DNA of 64,000 nt from Chloroflexaceae bacterium (lineage in GTDB: Bacteria > Chloroflexota > Chloroflexia > Chloroflexales > Chloroflexaceae): assembly GCA_034436975.1 (NCBI GenBank), contig DAOTUE010000011.1:68079-132078 (forward strand), given 5' to 3'. Positions 54,819-62,806 of the stretch are shown in pieces; the first letter of the stretch is position 1, and each line of letters starts with the position of its first letter. The position numbers were made by a program, and so were the translations under genes. The notes under the pieces were generated by a model that saw only the letters and a program-made list of their open reading frames with translations, was not told where the DNA came from and ran no database searches.

Positions 54819-56738
54819 ATGCTTATCTGTCTTGCTCAACGAGGAGATGTTCTTTGTCGAACAACGAATCGGAATGAGGCGAAGCATTGTCGCCAGTGTG
54901 GGAAATCGCTTCGCAACGCTATGTATGTGCATGATCCCGATACCCTGATTGGCAGCTATCGGGTGAAGAAAGTCATTGGTCATGGGAGTTTCGGCGCAGT
55001 CTACCAGGCCGAGCATGTCGAACGGCCCGCGGTGAAAGTCGCGCTCAAGGAAACATTTGACCCCAACAGCATCGCCAGCTTTGCCCACGAATTTGATGTG
55101 CTCTGCAACTATACCCACGACAACCTGCCCGGCTACTACGAAATGTTTGAGCACAGAGGAAATGGCTACCTCGTGATGGAGTTTGTGCCGGGGCAGAGCT
55201 TGCAGAATATCCTCAACAAGCAGCGCGGCTCTGTGCCGACCAGGTTAGTCATATTCTATGCAGAGCAGCTCTGCGATGTGCTTGAATACTTGCACGGACA
55301 AAACCCGCCCATCTTCCACCGCGACATCAAGCCGGCCAACATCCGCCTCACGCCGGAAGGGTTGCTCAAACTGGTGGACTTCGGACTGGTCAAGCAGGGC
55401 ACCGACCAGACCCGTAGCATGATCCGCGGCTTTGGCACGCCAGCATATGAGCCATTCGAGCAGCTTGGCAATGGCACAACCGACCAGCGCAGCGACCTCT
55501 ACAGCACCGCGGCAACGCTCTACCACCTCTTCACGGGCAAGCGTCCTCCGACCGTCCTGGAGCGTATTTCTGTCGCAACAGACCCGCTCATCAATCCTGG
55601 TCAGATCAACCCGAAGATCCCGGAGCATATCTCCAGAACAATTGTTCGGACGATGGCTCCGTTTCAGAAGGACCGCCCCCCCAACGTGGCGGTTTTTCGG
55701 AACATGCTGATGGGAGAGGAAGAAATCGCTCCCTCCGCATCGCTCCCCGCTTCTCAGCCAGCGCAAGCCAGGGTTGTTGCTCCTGCAACCGACACGTCCT
55801 CACTGCTGGCCAGTGTTAGCTCCGAGGTCCAGGTTGCGCTGGATGCGATTTCGTCCACCCAGCACCCTGGTTCTTCCTCAAGCACCCTGAATCTCCCCCA
55901 CAACGTGCGTGAGTGGCGCATCGAGGCCAGAAGACTCAACGAGATGTTTGGCGAACCATCCGGCTACTGGTGTTATGTGCGCCCCGGACGCTACCGTATC
56001 GGTGGGTGGGAGAAAGGCGAGCCATCTCATATTGCCACGCTCCCGGCCTTCTGGATAGCGCGGTTTCCCCTGACCGTCTCTCAATATGTCCCGTTTATAG
56101 AGACTGGAGGCTACGAAGCAAGCAGCCAGGCGTGGTGGACCCCGCAGGGCCGGGAGTGGAAAGCCCGCACGGCCCGAAGCCTGCCTATTTTGTGGGATGA
56201 TCCGGCTTTCACCACCTCGAACCAACCAGTTATTGGGGTAAGCTGGTATGAAGCGGTAGCGTTTGCGGCCTGGCTCAATGAGCAGGTGTGCGACGAATTG
56301 CCAGAGGGCCTCCGCGTCCGTCTCCCCACCGAGGCGGAATGGGAGGCAGCCGAAGCCTACAACGCGGCAATGGAGCGGTGTCACTATCCCTGGGGCAACG
56401 ATGACGACCCCACCCCCGAACACGCCGTCTATGACCGCGGGGAGACCGGGCACACGGCCAGGGTGGGTACCTGCCCGGCGGGAGCAGCGGCCTGTGGTGC
56501 CCAGGATATGGCCGGCAATGTGTGGGAGTGGACAACCAGTAGCTACAAAGGGTATCCCCACGAGAGTACCAGAATGCGCGACGATATTACCGCCGGTGAG
56601 TGGGATGTGCCGGTCCGCGGTGGCTCGTGGTGGGATTACCGCACTTTTATGCGCTGCGGCACCCGCGACCGCTACCGCCCGGACTTTCCGAGCCATATTT
56701 TTGGTTTTCGTCTGGTTATCGCGCCTCTGGTTACGTAA
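54819..56738 (+). CDS. Ser/Thr protein kinase fused to a C-terminal formylglycine-generating-enzyme (FGE/SUMF1)-like domain, with N-terminal zinc ribbon
   Basis: CRQCG zinc ribbon; kinase motifs GHGSFGAVY, HRDIKPANI, DFGL; Ser/Pro linker; FGE-like PVIGVSWYEAVAFAAW, RLPTEAEWE, GNVWEWT, RGGSWW. Confidence 0.8.
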   Translation: MLICLAQRGDVLCRTTNRNEAKHCRQCGKSLRNAMYVHDPDTLIGSYRVKKVIGHGSFGAVYQAEHVERPAVKVALKETFDPNSIASFAHEFDVLCNYTHDNLPGYYEMFEHRGNGYLVMEFVPGQSLQNILNKQRGSVPTRLVIFYAEQLCDVLEYLHGQNPPIFHRDIKPANIRLTPEGLLKLVDFGLVKQGTDQTRSMIRGFGTPAYEPFEQLGNGTTDQRSDLYSTAATLYHLFTGKRPPTVLERISVATDPLINPGQINPKIPEHISRTIVRTMAPFQKDRPPNVAVFRNMLMGEEEIAPSASLPASQPAQARVVAPATDTSSLLASVSSEVQVALDAISSTQHPGSSSSTLNLPHNVREWRIEARRLNEMFGEPSGYWCYVRPGRYRIGGWEKGEPSHIATLPAFWIARFPLTVSQYVPFIETGGYEASSQAWWTPQGREWKARTARSLPILWDDPAFTTSNQPVIGVSWYEAVAFAAWLNEQVCDELPEGLRVRLPTEAEWEAAEAYNAAMERCHYPWGNDDDPTPEHAVYDRGETGHTARVGTCPAGAAACGAQDMAGNVWEWTTSSYKGYPHESTRMRDDITAGEWDVPVRGGSWWDYRTFMRCGTRDRYRPDFPSHIFGFRLVIAPLVT

Positions 56739-56830
56739 TCGTTCAGCCCCCCACCTGTCCTCCCCCCAGTGGGGGGAGGGATTGGGAGGGGAGCGCACGT
56801 GCACCGGTGCAAGCAAGATGCCCGCTTCCT
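56735..56830 (+). repeat. Family-A element, copy A5 (diverged right half)
   Basis: GTAATCGTTCAGCCCCCCACCTGTCCTCCCCCCAGTGGGGGGAGGGATTGGGAGGGG. The stop codon of the kinase gene lies inside the left terminus. Confidence 0.7.
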
Positions 56831-56942
56831 CACTTGAAAATACCCGGTTTTCATTCCGTCAGGGTGCGCGATAGTGCATGGAGTCTAGAACCCCAGACCC
56901 TCTCTACCTATGTTCTTTGCGGTTCAACAACCAGCTACTGGC

Positions 56943-58928
56943 TCAATACTGCAACTTCATCTCCACCTGTATAATCCCCTGGGGCACGTTGTCCAGCAAC
57001 ACATAGCGACTGGTCCCCACCCGTTCGAGCATCGTCGGGGCCCGCTCCCCATTGAATGTTACCCACGATACGCCGGTGGCCTGCGGGGGGAGTAACAACC
57101 GCAAACGGGCCACTTCGCCCGACCCCGTGACCTCCATTCGGAGCCGTTTCGCTTGCTCCATATGCTGCCAGCGATAGGCCACGTAGGCATCGGATGCGGC
57201 ATAGCGCACCACCACGTAGGCATCGTAAACCGGGGCATAGCCCTTGTCCTCATTGACTGAGGCAGGCCAGCGCGGGCTAATTGTCACATTGCTCAGTTTT
57301 ACCCCGTTGTCCTCAACTCCCGCGGCCCCTTCCATCAGGCCGGCCAGCATCGCGCTGGCCCCCCACCCATCGGTGGGGAGCACATTGTGGCCTGTCGCCT
57401 CGCCTCCCGTCGGGTGATACCAGAGATAGGAAGCGTTGGTGCTCCTGATGAGGCTGTGATACCGCTGGAGAATATCGAACCCGTAGGCCTCGTAGCCATA
57501 GCGGAACGCCCCCCGCGATAGCTCGCCGCCCACCAGCGGCATCACCCCGCCATTCACATAGTAGCCAGGGTCCTCCCCCAGTCGGCCCCCCATCCCGAAA
57601 CTGCCCGATGGGAAGGGCGGGTCAATACTCCACCACTCCACAAAGGAAACATTGCCAGCACGGGTGAGGCGGTTGCGGTATTCGTTGAGGATAGCCCGCC
57701 CCTGCTCCGGGGTCAGGACCCCGCGGTTGAGCGCGTAGGCATTGGAGAGACTGAGCTGCGAGGATTCATCCACACCGGGCACGCCGGCCCACGGGCCAAG
57801 TTTGACATGGTGGGTGTAAAACGAGCCGTTCCAGCTCAGGTTGTCGAGGTGGGAGAGGATGGCATCGGCCATGGAGCGGTGCTGGCTGGCGTTGTCGGGT
57901 TGCCCCACGTAGTTCTCAATGGTCGCCAGGGCCCGCAGGGCGCGGACCACGCCGGTATTGTCGCCGTGGAAAATGCCCCATATTGTGCGGTCGTCAATCC
58001 AATGGCGCGGGGCAATCTTTCCGCTGTTCGGGTCAATCGTGGCGGGGCCATACTCAAAATCCCACGTATCTATGGTATAGGGACGTTTGACCAGGCCCAC
58101 CGAAGGCTCCCATCGTAGCGGATTTGTGAGGGTATAATGGATGGCCCGTTGCATCGCTTCCACATTGGAAACAAGCCACGCATCATCCCCCGTCATCTGC
58201 CAGGCCTCGTAGACGGCCAGCACAAAGAGATATTCGACATCGGCTTCAACCGGTGTGCGGTAGGCAGGGATACCATACTCCGGGCGGGCCAGGAAATCGG
58301 GGAAACTCCCGTCCGGGTTCTGCGCCTCGCGGAAGGCATCAATCAAGTTGGTCACGTTGGCATCGAAATACTTGAACCCGCGCCCCTGGTAGTAGTGGTC
58401 GCGGAGCCAGAGCAGGGGGCTGTCGGGGGAGCGGTAGCCATGCACCAGGCGATCATTGAGCCAGTATTCCAGCACGCAGTTATTCATAAACCCCCGAACC
58501 CTCGGGTAGAGATCGTCGTAGGGGAGAACGCCGGTCTGTACGGTAGTTTCCGCTTCCAGCCGATAGAGCACCCCCTCGGCAGTTTTGTTGTCGCCAGCAA
58601 AGAGGGCTGCCCAGTGGTTGCCCAGGCTCCCGCGTGGCAATACCTGGATCGTGGTTGTGCCAGCGGGGGGAATGGTAAACTGCCACGAGCCGGCGGCTCT
58701 CCCCGCCCCATCGAAAACAAGGAGCATGGCGGGGCCGCTGTAGCCCGCCGCCGACACCTGCACATTGACCGGCTGGAGCGGGGCAACAACCTGTTGCTCA
58801 CTGGAAAACCAACCCGCTGACGGAGTTTGTGTGGGGGGCGCGGCCTGGCTCTGGCCCGCCGCGGCAGGCAATCCTACTCCCCCCACCAGACAACACAACA
58901 CAATGACAACACGAACGACAGATCGCAT
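56943..58928 (-). CDS. Secreted protein, possibly a six-hairpin (alpha/alpha)6 glycosidase-like enzyme (family unresolved)
   Basis: 661 aa with a signal peptide (VVIVLCCLVGGVGLPAAAG). Motifs such as LWLRDHYYQGRG and EADVEYLFVLAVYEAWQMTGDDAW resemble six-hairpin glycosidases. The fold assignment is a guess. Confidence 0.5.
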   Translation of the reverse strand: MRSVVRVVIVLCCLVGGVGLPAAAGQSQAAPPTQTPSAGWFSSEQQVVAPLQPVNVQVSAAGYSGPAMLLVFDGAGRAAGSWQFTIPPAGTTTIQVLPRGSLGNHWAALFAGDNKTAEGVLYRLEAETTVQTGVLPYDDLYPRVRGFMNNCVLEYWLNDRLVHGYRSPDSPLLWLRDHYYQGRGFKYFDANVTNLIDAFREAQNPDGSFPDFLARPEYGIPAYRTPVEADVEYLFVLAVYEAWQMTGDDAWLVSNVEAMQRAIHYTLTNPLRWEPSVGLVKRPYTIDTWDFEYGPATIDPNSGKIAPRHWIDDRTIWGIFHGDNTGVVRALRALATIENYVGQPDNASQHRSMADAILSHLDNLSWNGSFYTHHVKLGPWAGVPGVDESSQLSLSNAYALNRGVLTPEQGRAILNEYRNRLTRAGNVSFVEWWSIDPPFPSGSFGMGGRLGEDPGYYVNGGVMPLVGGELSRGAFRYGYEAYGFDILQRYHSLIRSTNASYLWYHPTGGEATGHNVLPTDGWGASAMLAGLMEGAAGVEDNGVKLSNVTISPRWPASVNEDKGYAPVYDAYVVVRYAASDAYVAYRWQHMEQAKRLRMEVTGSGEVARLRLLLPPQATGVSWVTFNGERAPTMLERVGTSRYVLLDNVPQGIIQVEMKLQY

Positions 58929-59013
58929 ACCTTTTTCTATCCCTTTCTCTCAACGCTTTTCCAAACCATATAAACGGCTCTTGTGAACAGGTTTAGTATA
59001 GCATAGAGTCATC

Positions 59014-59049
59014 GGGGTCGGGGTTCGGGGTTCAGGGTTCAGGGTTCAG
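59014..59049 (+). repeat. Short tandem heptamer repeat (GGGGTTC/AGGGTTC x5)
   Basis: GGGGTC GGGGTTC GGGGTTC AGGGTTC AGGGTTC AG, read directly. Confidence 0.85.
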
Positions 59050-59063
59050 ACAATAAACACGCT

Positions 59064-59092
59064 GGAACATATGAGCACACCCGTGGTATAAT
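59064..59092 (+). promoter_or_regulatory. Candidate extended -10 promoter upstream of the MITE copy and the tRNA pair
   Basis: GGAACA, 17 nt, TATAAT preceded by TGG (TGGTATAAT at 59084-59092). Confidence 0.3.
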
Positions 59093-59166
59093 CGGGCCGA
59101 ACAAAAGCGACGATCTTTTCTGCAAAGTGCCCGGCAGCCAGTAAGGATTGTAACACAATGACGAAC

Positions 59167-59297
59167 GTAATCGTTCAGTCCCCCACTTGTCCTCCCCCCA
59201 GCGGAGGGATGGATTGGGAGGGGGGAGCTTCGCCCGTGATCTCAGAAGCGATACTCCTTGTTCTGAAGGATTATATTTATCCCCCCTGAACGATTAC
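59167..59297 (+). mobile_element. Family-A MITE-like element, copy A6 (perfect 12-bp terminal inverted repeats)
   Basis: It starts GTAATCGTTCAG (59167-59178) and ends CTGAACGATTAC (59286-59297). The interior carries CCCCCACTTGTCCTCCCCCC..GGAGGGATGGATTGGGAGGGGGG. Confidence 0.8.
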
Positions 59298-59644
59298 CAT
59301 AAATTGCTATCTTACGGACACATAGGAGAGCAAGTCGTATTATTTTGATTGCTCTGGGATGTAAAAACATAAACGTTCAGTATCAGGAGGTGTACTCATG
59401 GAACAGAAACAGCCAGGTAATCGTGGAGCCTGGTTGCAGTGGGGCACCAGGGCAAGCGCAGAGTGATTCCTCTCAACCCTGAAGGATCGGACTCAAGGAT
59501 CGGGCTTCCAGGATGATCTCATCTTTGTCTCCGTCGGTCTCCCTGTTGACCTCAATTGTGAACTGGCATCTTTCCTATCTTCCTTGACAAACTGTAAAGC
59601 GGGTAGTATCATAGCAAACGTAGGCAAGAAACAGCTGATTGCAG

Positions 59645-59731
<87 letters not shown>

Positions 59732-59736
59732 CCCGA

Positions 59737-59810
59737 TGGGGAATAGTTTAATGGTAGAACGCCTGACTCTGAATCAGGTAGTTGGGGTTCGAATCCCTGT
59801 TCCCCAGCCA
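59737..59810 (+). tRNA. tRNA-Gln (anticodon CTG), CCA encoded
   Basis: Acceptor stem TGGGGAA/TTCCCCA, anticodon stem CCTGA/TCAGG with loop CTCTGAA, T-loop GGTTCGAATCC. Confidence 0.9.
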
Positions 59811-59898
59811 CAAGTCATACCCCCTCGCCCCCTGGCGAGGCTTTTTCATAAGCAGGCAGAGGCCAGGTGTTCCAGTTTAACCCGCGGAGAAGCACAAT

Positions 59899-60129
59899 AT
59901 GAGCAAAGAATTTACCATCACAGAAGAAAACGGCAACTTTATTTATCGGGAAGAGGTGCTCAATATCCGGCTCTATGGGGATGGAATCGCTATTCATGGG
60001 GCGCGAGATACGTTTTCTGGTGAAACCTTGAGCGTGCTCTTTGGTCCCGATGTGGCAACAGCACTGCACCGACTTTTTACCCACCCCGATGTTGTCAAGC
60101 AGCTCAAAAAAAACCTCCCCGCCGAATAG
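59899..60129 (+). CDS. Hypothetical small protein (76 aa)
   Basis: ORF only. It is followed 3 nt later by the next gene. No motif recognised. Confidence 0.45.
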   Translation: MSKEFTITEENGNFIYREEVLNIRLYGDGIAIHGARDTFSGETLSVLFGPDVATALHRLFTHPDVVKQLKKNLPAE

Positions 60130-60132
60130 CAG

Positions 60133-61122
60133 GTGTGGGGTTTTCCTCTGGGCACAGTGGAAGAAAAACGACAACAACCATCCGGGGGCGGATTGTCGCA
60201 TATTCTCGCATATGGTAAGGCAATTGCGATAGGGTATCCCTTTTTGTCCGGATTTGTCTCGACGCTGGTTGTTGCAATCCTTGTGGTTGTTCTGTCTGGC
60301 CTTGTCCGCGGGGCTGGGCCGGCCCAGCCTGATGAGCACACTGTCGCTCTCCAGGCTTCTTCGACAAAAACAGGAGAGGTTTTCCAGGCTCCCATGGTCC
60401 CTCCAACGCCGACTGTCTCGCTCCCTCTCCCGACACCGGATACACCGGACGGGCCCTACCCTGCTCCTACTGTAGCAATGGTGGGAGATCTCCCGGCCGA
60501 TACGGTGCCACCGCCGCCGCCAACTGATACGGTGCCACCGCCGCCAACTGATACGGTGCCGCCAATTGCGGAGACAGCAAGTGTTACCCCGACAGCAACA
60601 GCGGTAGCACCAACCCATGACAACGACACTGAGTTGCCTCCGACAGAACCCGCCGAAACGTCCACTATAACAGCAACCGTCGCAGCAGACCAGGGAACCG
60701 AGGATGGTTCTTCGCGAGGCATCGGGCTAGATATGCCCGCGTGGGAAGATGTCTATGGAAAGCCGACAGGAGAGGATACGCTAGGGTTTGTCTACAAGGA
60801 TGGAGCGTTTATTGTTATTCCCCACGACAACAACAATATTTGGCACCTGGAGCGCGTCTGGGACGCAAAAGAGGCGGTTCCCTTTGAAGATGCAAAGAAA
60901 CTGGCCCAGGGATTCATCCCAACAGACAGTGCATTTGTCAAAGGCTACGATCTGAATACTTCAACCCGGGTTGAAGTATTCCATAGCGATTGGCTGGCAA
61001 CCCGCTATCCAGAAAAAATGGACTGGACCGGCGGCGCGCCCGGCGATTTCATTATGACCTACACCATCAATGACGAGGAGCGAACAATATCGTTCATTAT
61101 CACCACAGGGAACAACCCCTAG
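60133..61122 (+). CDS. Hypothetical membrane-anchored protein with Pro-rich tandem repeats (DTVPPPP x3) and a C-terminal globular domain
   Basis: 329-aa ORF with one TM (FLSGFVSTLVVAILVVVLSG). Tandem DNA repeat GATACGGTGCCACCGCCGCC.. at ~60499-60565. Confidence 0.55.
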   Translation: MWGFPLGTVEEKRQQPSGGGLSHILAYGKAIAIGYPFLSGFVSTLVVAILVVVLSGLVRGAGPAQPDEHTVALQASSTKTGEVFQAPMVPPTPTVSLPLPTPDTPDGPYPAPTVAMVGDLPADTVPPPPPTDTVPPPPTDTVPPIAETASVTPTATAVAPTHDNDTELPPTEPAETSTITATVAADQGTEDGSSRGIGLDMPAWEDVYGKPTGEDTLGFVYKDGAFIVIPHDNNNIWHLERVWDAKEAVPFEDAKKLAQGFIPTDSAFVKGYDLNTSTRVEVFHSDWLATRYPEKMDWTGGAPGDFIMTYTINDEERTISFIITTGNNP

Positions 61123-61133
61123 ATGCATAGCCA

Positions 61134-62219
61134 ATGACCTACTATGTCCGAGAGCATCTTCCATCTGGTCGCCCGCTCTTTGGCAATCGGCGTTCGACTA
61201 TCAACGAGTTTTTCCTTTCCTCATACACGCTGAGTGTCTATACCGGTTGCGAGTATGGGTGTCCCTATTGCGATGGATGGGTCTATCATCCGCGTCCGCT
61301 CAATGAGGTGGTGCAGGTGCCGCTTGATCTCCCCCAACGGTTGGCCGAAGCGTTGACAACCATAGACCGTGGCGATCTCATTGGACTGACAGCCCTGAGC
61401 GACCCCTACCAACCCATTGAGCAGACCTACCGCGTGACGCGGCAGGTGCTCCAGGTTTTTGCCGATGTGGGACAACCGCTCCTCTTGCTGACCAGGAGCG
61501 AAAAGGTGCTGGACGATCTTCCCCTGTTGCAGCAAATCCATGAGCGGAGCCTGGCCATCGTCATGATGACGATATTGACGATGGCTCCGCGGGCCTCTCA
61601 GATCCTCGAAGGCAAGACCCCTTCCCCCGCGTTGCGGTTGGAGACATTGAAAACCCTGAAGCAGGCCGGACTCCCCGTTGGCGTTGCCATTCTCCCCGTG
61701 GTGCCCTACGTCAACGATACAAACTATATGCTCTCCACTCTGCTCCAGAGATGTTTCGAGGTAGGGGTAGACTTTGTTATCTGGGATTTCCTGCATATTC
61801 GCGACAAGAGCCACTACAACCGGATATGCGAACTCCTGCCGCGTCTTGGCTCCTACCCCGTGAGCTACTACCGCGACCTCTACGAAGGGCAGGTACTACC
61901 AAACATAACGTATCGCACTGAGATGAATGCCAATATCATGCATCGTTGTGATACGCTGGCTCTCCCTGTGCGCGTGCCACACAAGATCTTTGCTGGAAAA
62001 CTTGCTCCTGCAAATGAGGCGGCCCTGTTGCTCAAGCATACGGCCTTCCGTGATGCGGTGCAGGGGCGTGTTCACATGGCCACAATCCACCGCGACCTGG
62101 CGGAACGGATATACCAGGGAGACGTAACCGCCGACCAGATCCACGAAAGCCCGCTTTTTCCCACTCTGAAAGAGATATTGTCGTTTACGGCAGATGGGGG
62201 ACTGGCTCAACGGTCATGA
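61134..62219 (+). CDS. Radical SAM protein (SplB/COG1533-like)
   Basis: The CEYGCPYC (Cx3Cx2C) cluster motif lies near the N-terminus. 361 aa. Confidence 0.7.
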   Translation: MTYYVREHLPSGRPLFGNRRSTINEFFLSSYTLSVYTGCEYGCPYCDGWVYHPRPLNEVVQVPLDLPQRLAEALTTIDRGDLIGLTALSDPYQPIEQTYRVTRQVLQVFADVGQPLLLLTRSEKVLDDLPLLQQIHERSLAIVMMTILTMAPRASQILEGKTPSPALRLETLKTLKQAGLPVGVAILPVVPYVNDTNYMLSTLLQRCFEVGVDFVIWDFLHIRDKSHYNRICELLPRLGSYPVSYYRDLYEGQVLPNITYRTEMNANIMHRCDTLALPVRVPHKIFAGKLAPANEAALLLKHTAFRDAVQGRVHMATIHRDLAERIYQGDVTADQIHESPLFPTLKEILSFTADGGLAQRS

Positions 62220-62796
62220 TGATGGCATCTTCGCCCGTTTCGGCGTAGTAGCCAGGACGATGCCCGACCGGGAGAAAGCCATATTTCCGATAGAGTTGCT
62301 GTGCTGCCAGGTTCGAGGCTCGCACTTCGAGGGTTAGCAACGTGGCTCCCCGCTCCCGCGCTGTGGCAATCAATCGTTTGAGGATGAGATCTCCTATTCC
62401 TTGCCGTCGGCAGGAGGGATACACCGCAAGCGCGAGAATATGGGCCTCATCCACAATGATTGATACTCCCCCATAGCCGAGAATGGGAGGGCGGGGAGCA
62501 GCAGGGATACGCTTGAAAGCACGCTTGAGAAATGTGAAAAGAGAAGACCCCGCCCTTGTTGGTGGGACTGGCAAGATGGAAGGCATCGCCGGAGGTACAG
62601 GGCCAGTGGCGCGGGCTATAACATAGCTTGCCCCGCTCGCCAGTTCACGACGGTAGGTTTCAGCAGACCAGGACCCCAACGAACTCGCCTGATCTATGTG
62701 CCGAACATGCTCAATGTCTGCCTCGGTCATTGGCTCAATGACCACCCGCTCAATTCTGACCGGCTCGATACCGTGGGATGTTGCCGATACCGACAT
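62185..62796 (-). CDS. rimI: GNAT-family N-acetyltransferase, RimI-like, with internal Pro-rich insertion
   Basis: The acetyl-CoA motif RRQGIGDLILKRLI, LEVRASNLAAQQLYRKYGF and the C-terminal YY...GEDAIIM pattern match RimI. A ~40-aa insertion (GPVPPAMPS...AAPRPP) is present. Confidence 0.6.
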   Translation of the reverse strand: MSVSATSHGIEPVRIERVVIEPMTEADIEHVRHIDQASSLGSWSAETYRRELASGASYVIARATGPVPPAMPSILPVPPTRAGSSLFTFLKRAFKRIPAAPRPPILGYGGVSIIVDEAHILALAVYPSCRRQGIGDLILKRLIATARERGATLLTLEVRASNLAAQQLYRKYGFLPVGHRPGYYAETGEDAIIMTVEPVPHLP

Positions 62797-62806
62797 CTAG
62801 AGTTTT

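Noticed and set aside
59398-59466. 22-aa ORF (MEQKQPGNRGAWLQWGTRASAE) with a strong AGGAGG RBS
   Set aside because: It is too short to support. The flanking bases resemble family-A termini (AAACGTTCAG, GTAATCGT), so the RBS-like sequence may be repeat debris. It would be worth a look only if it is conserved.
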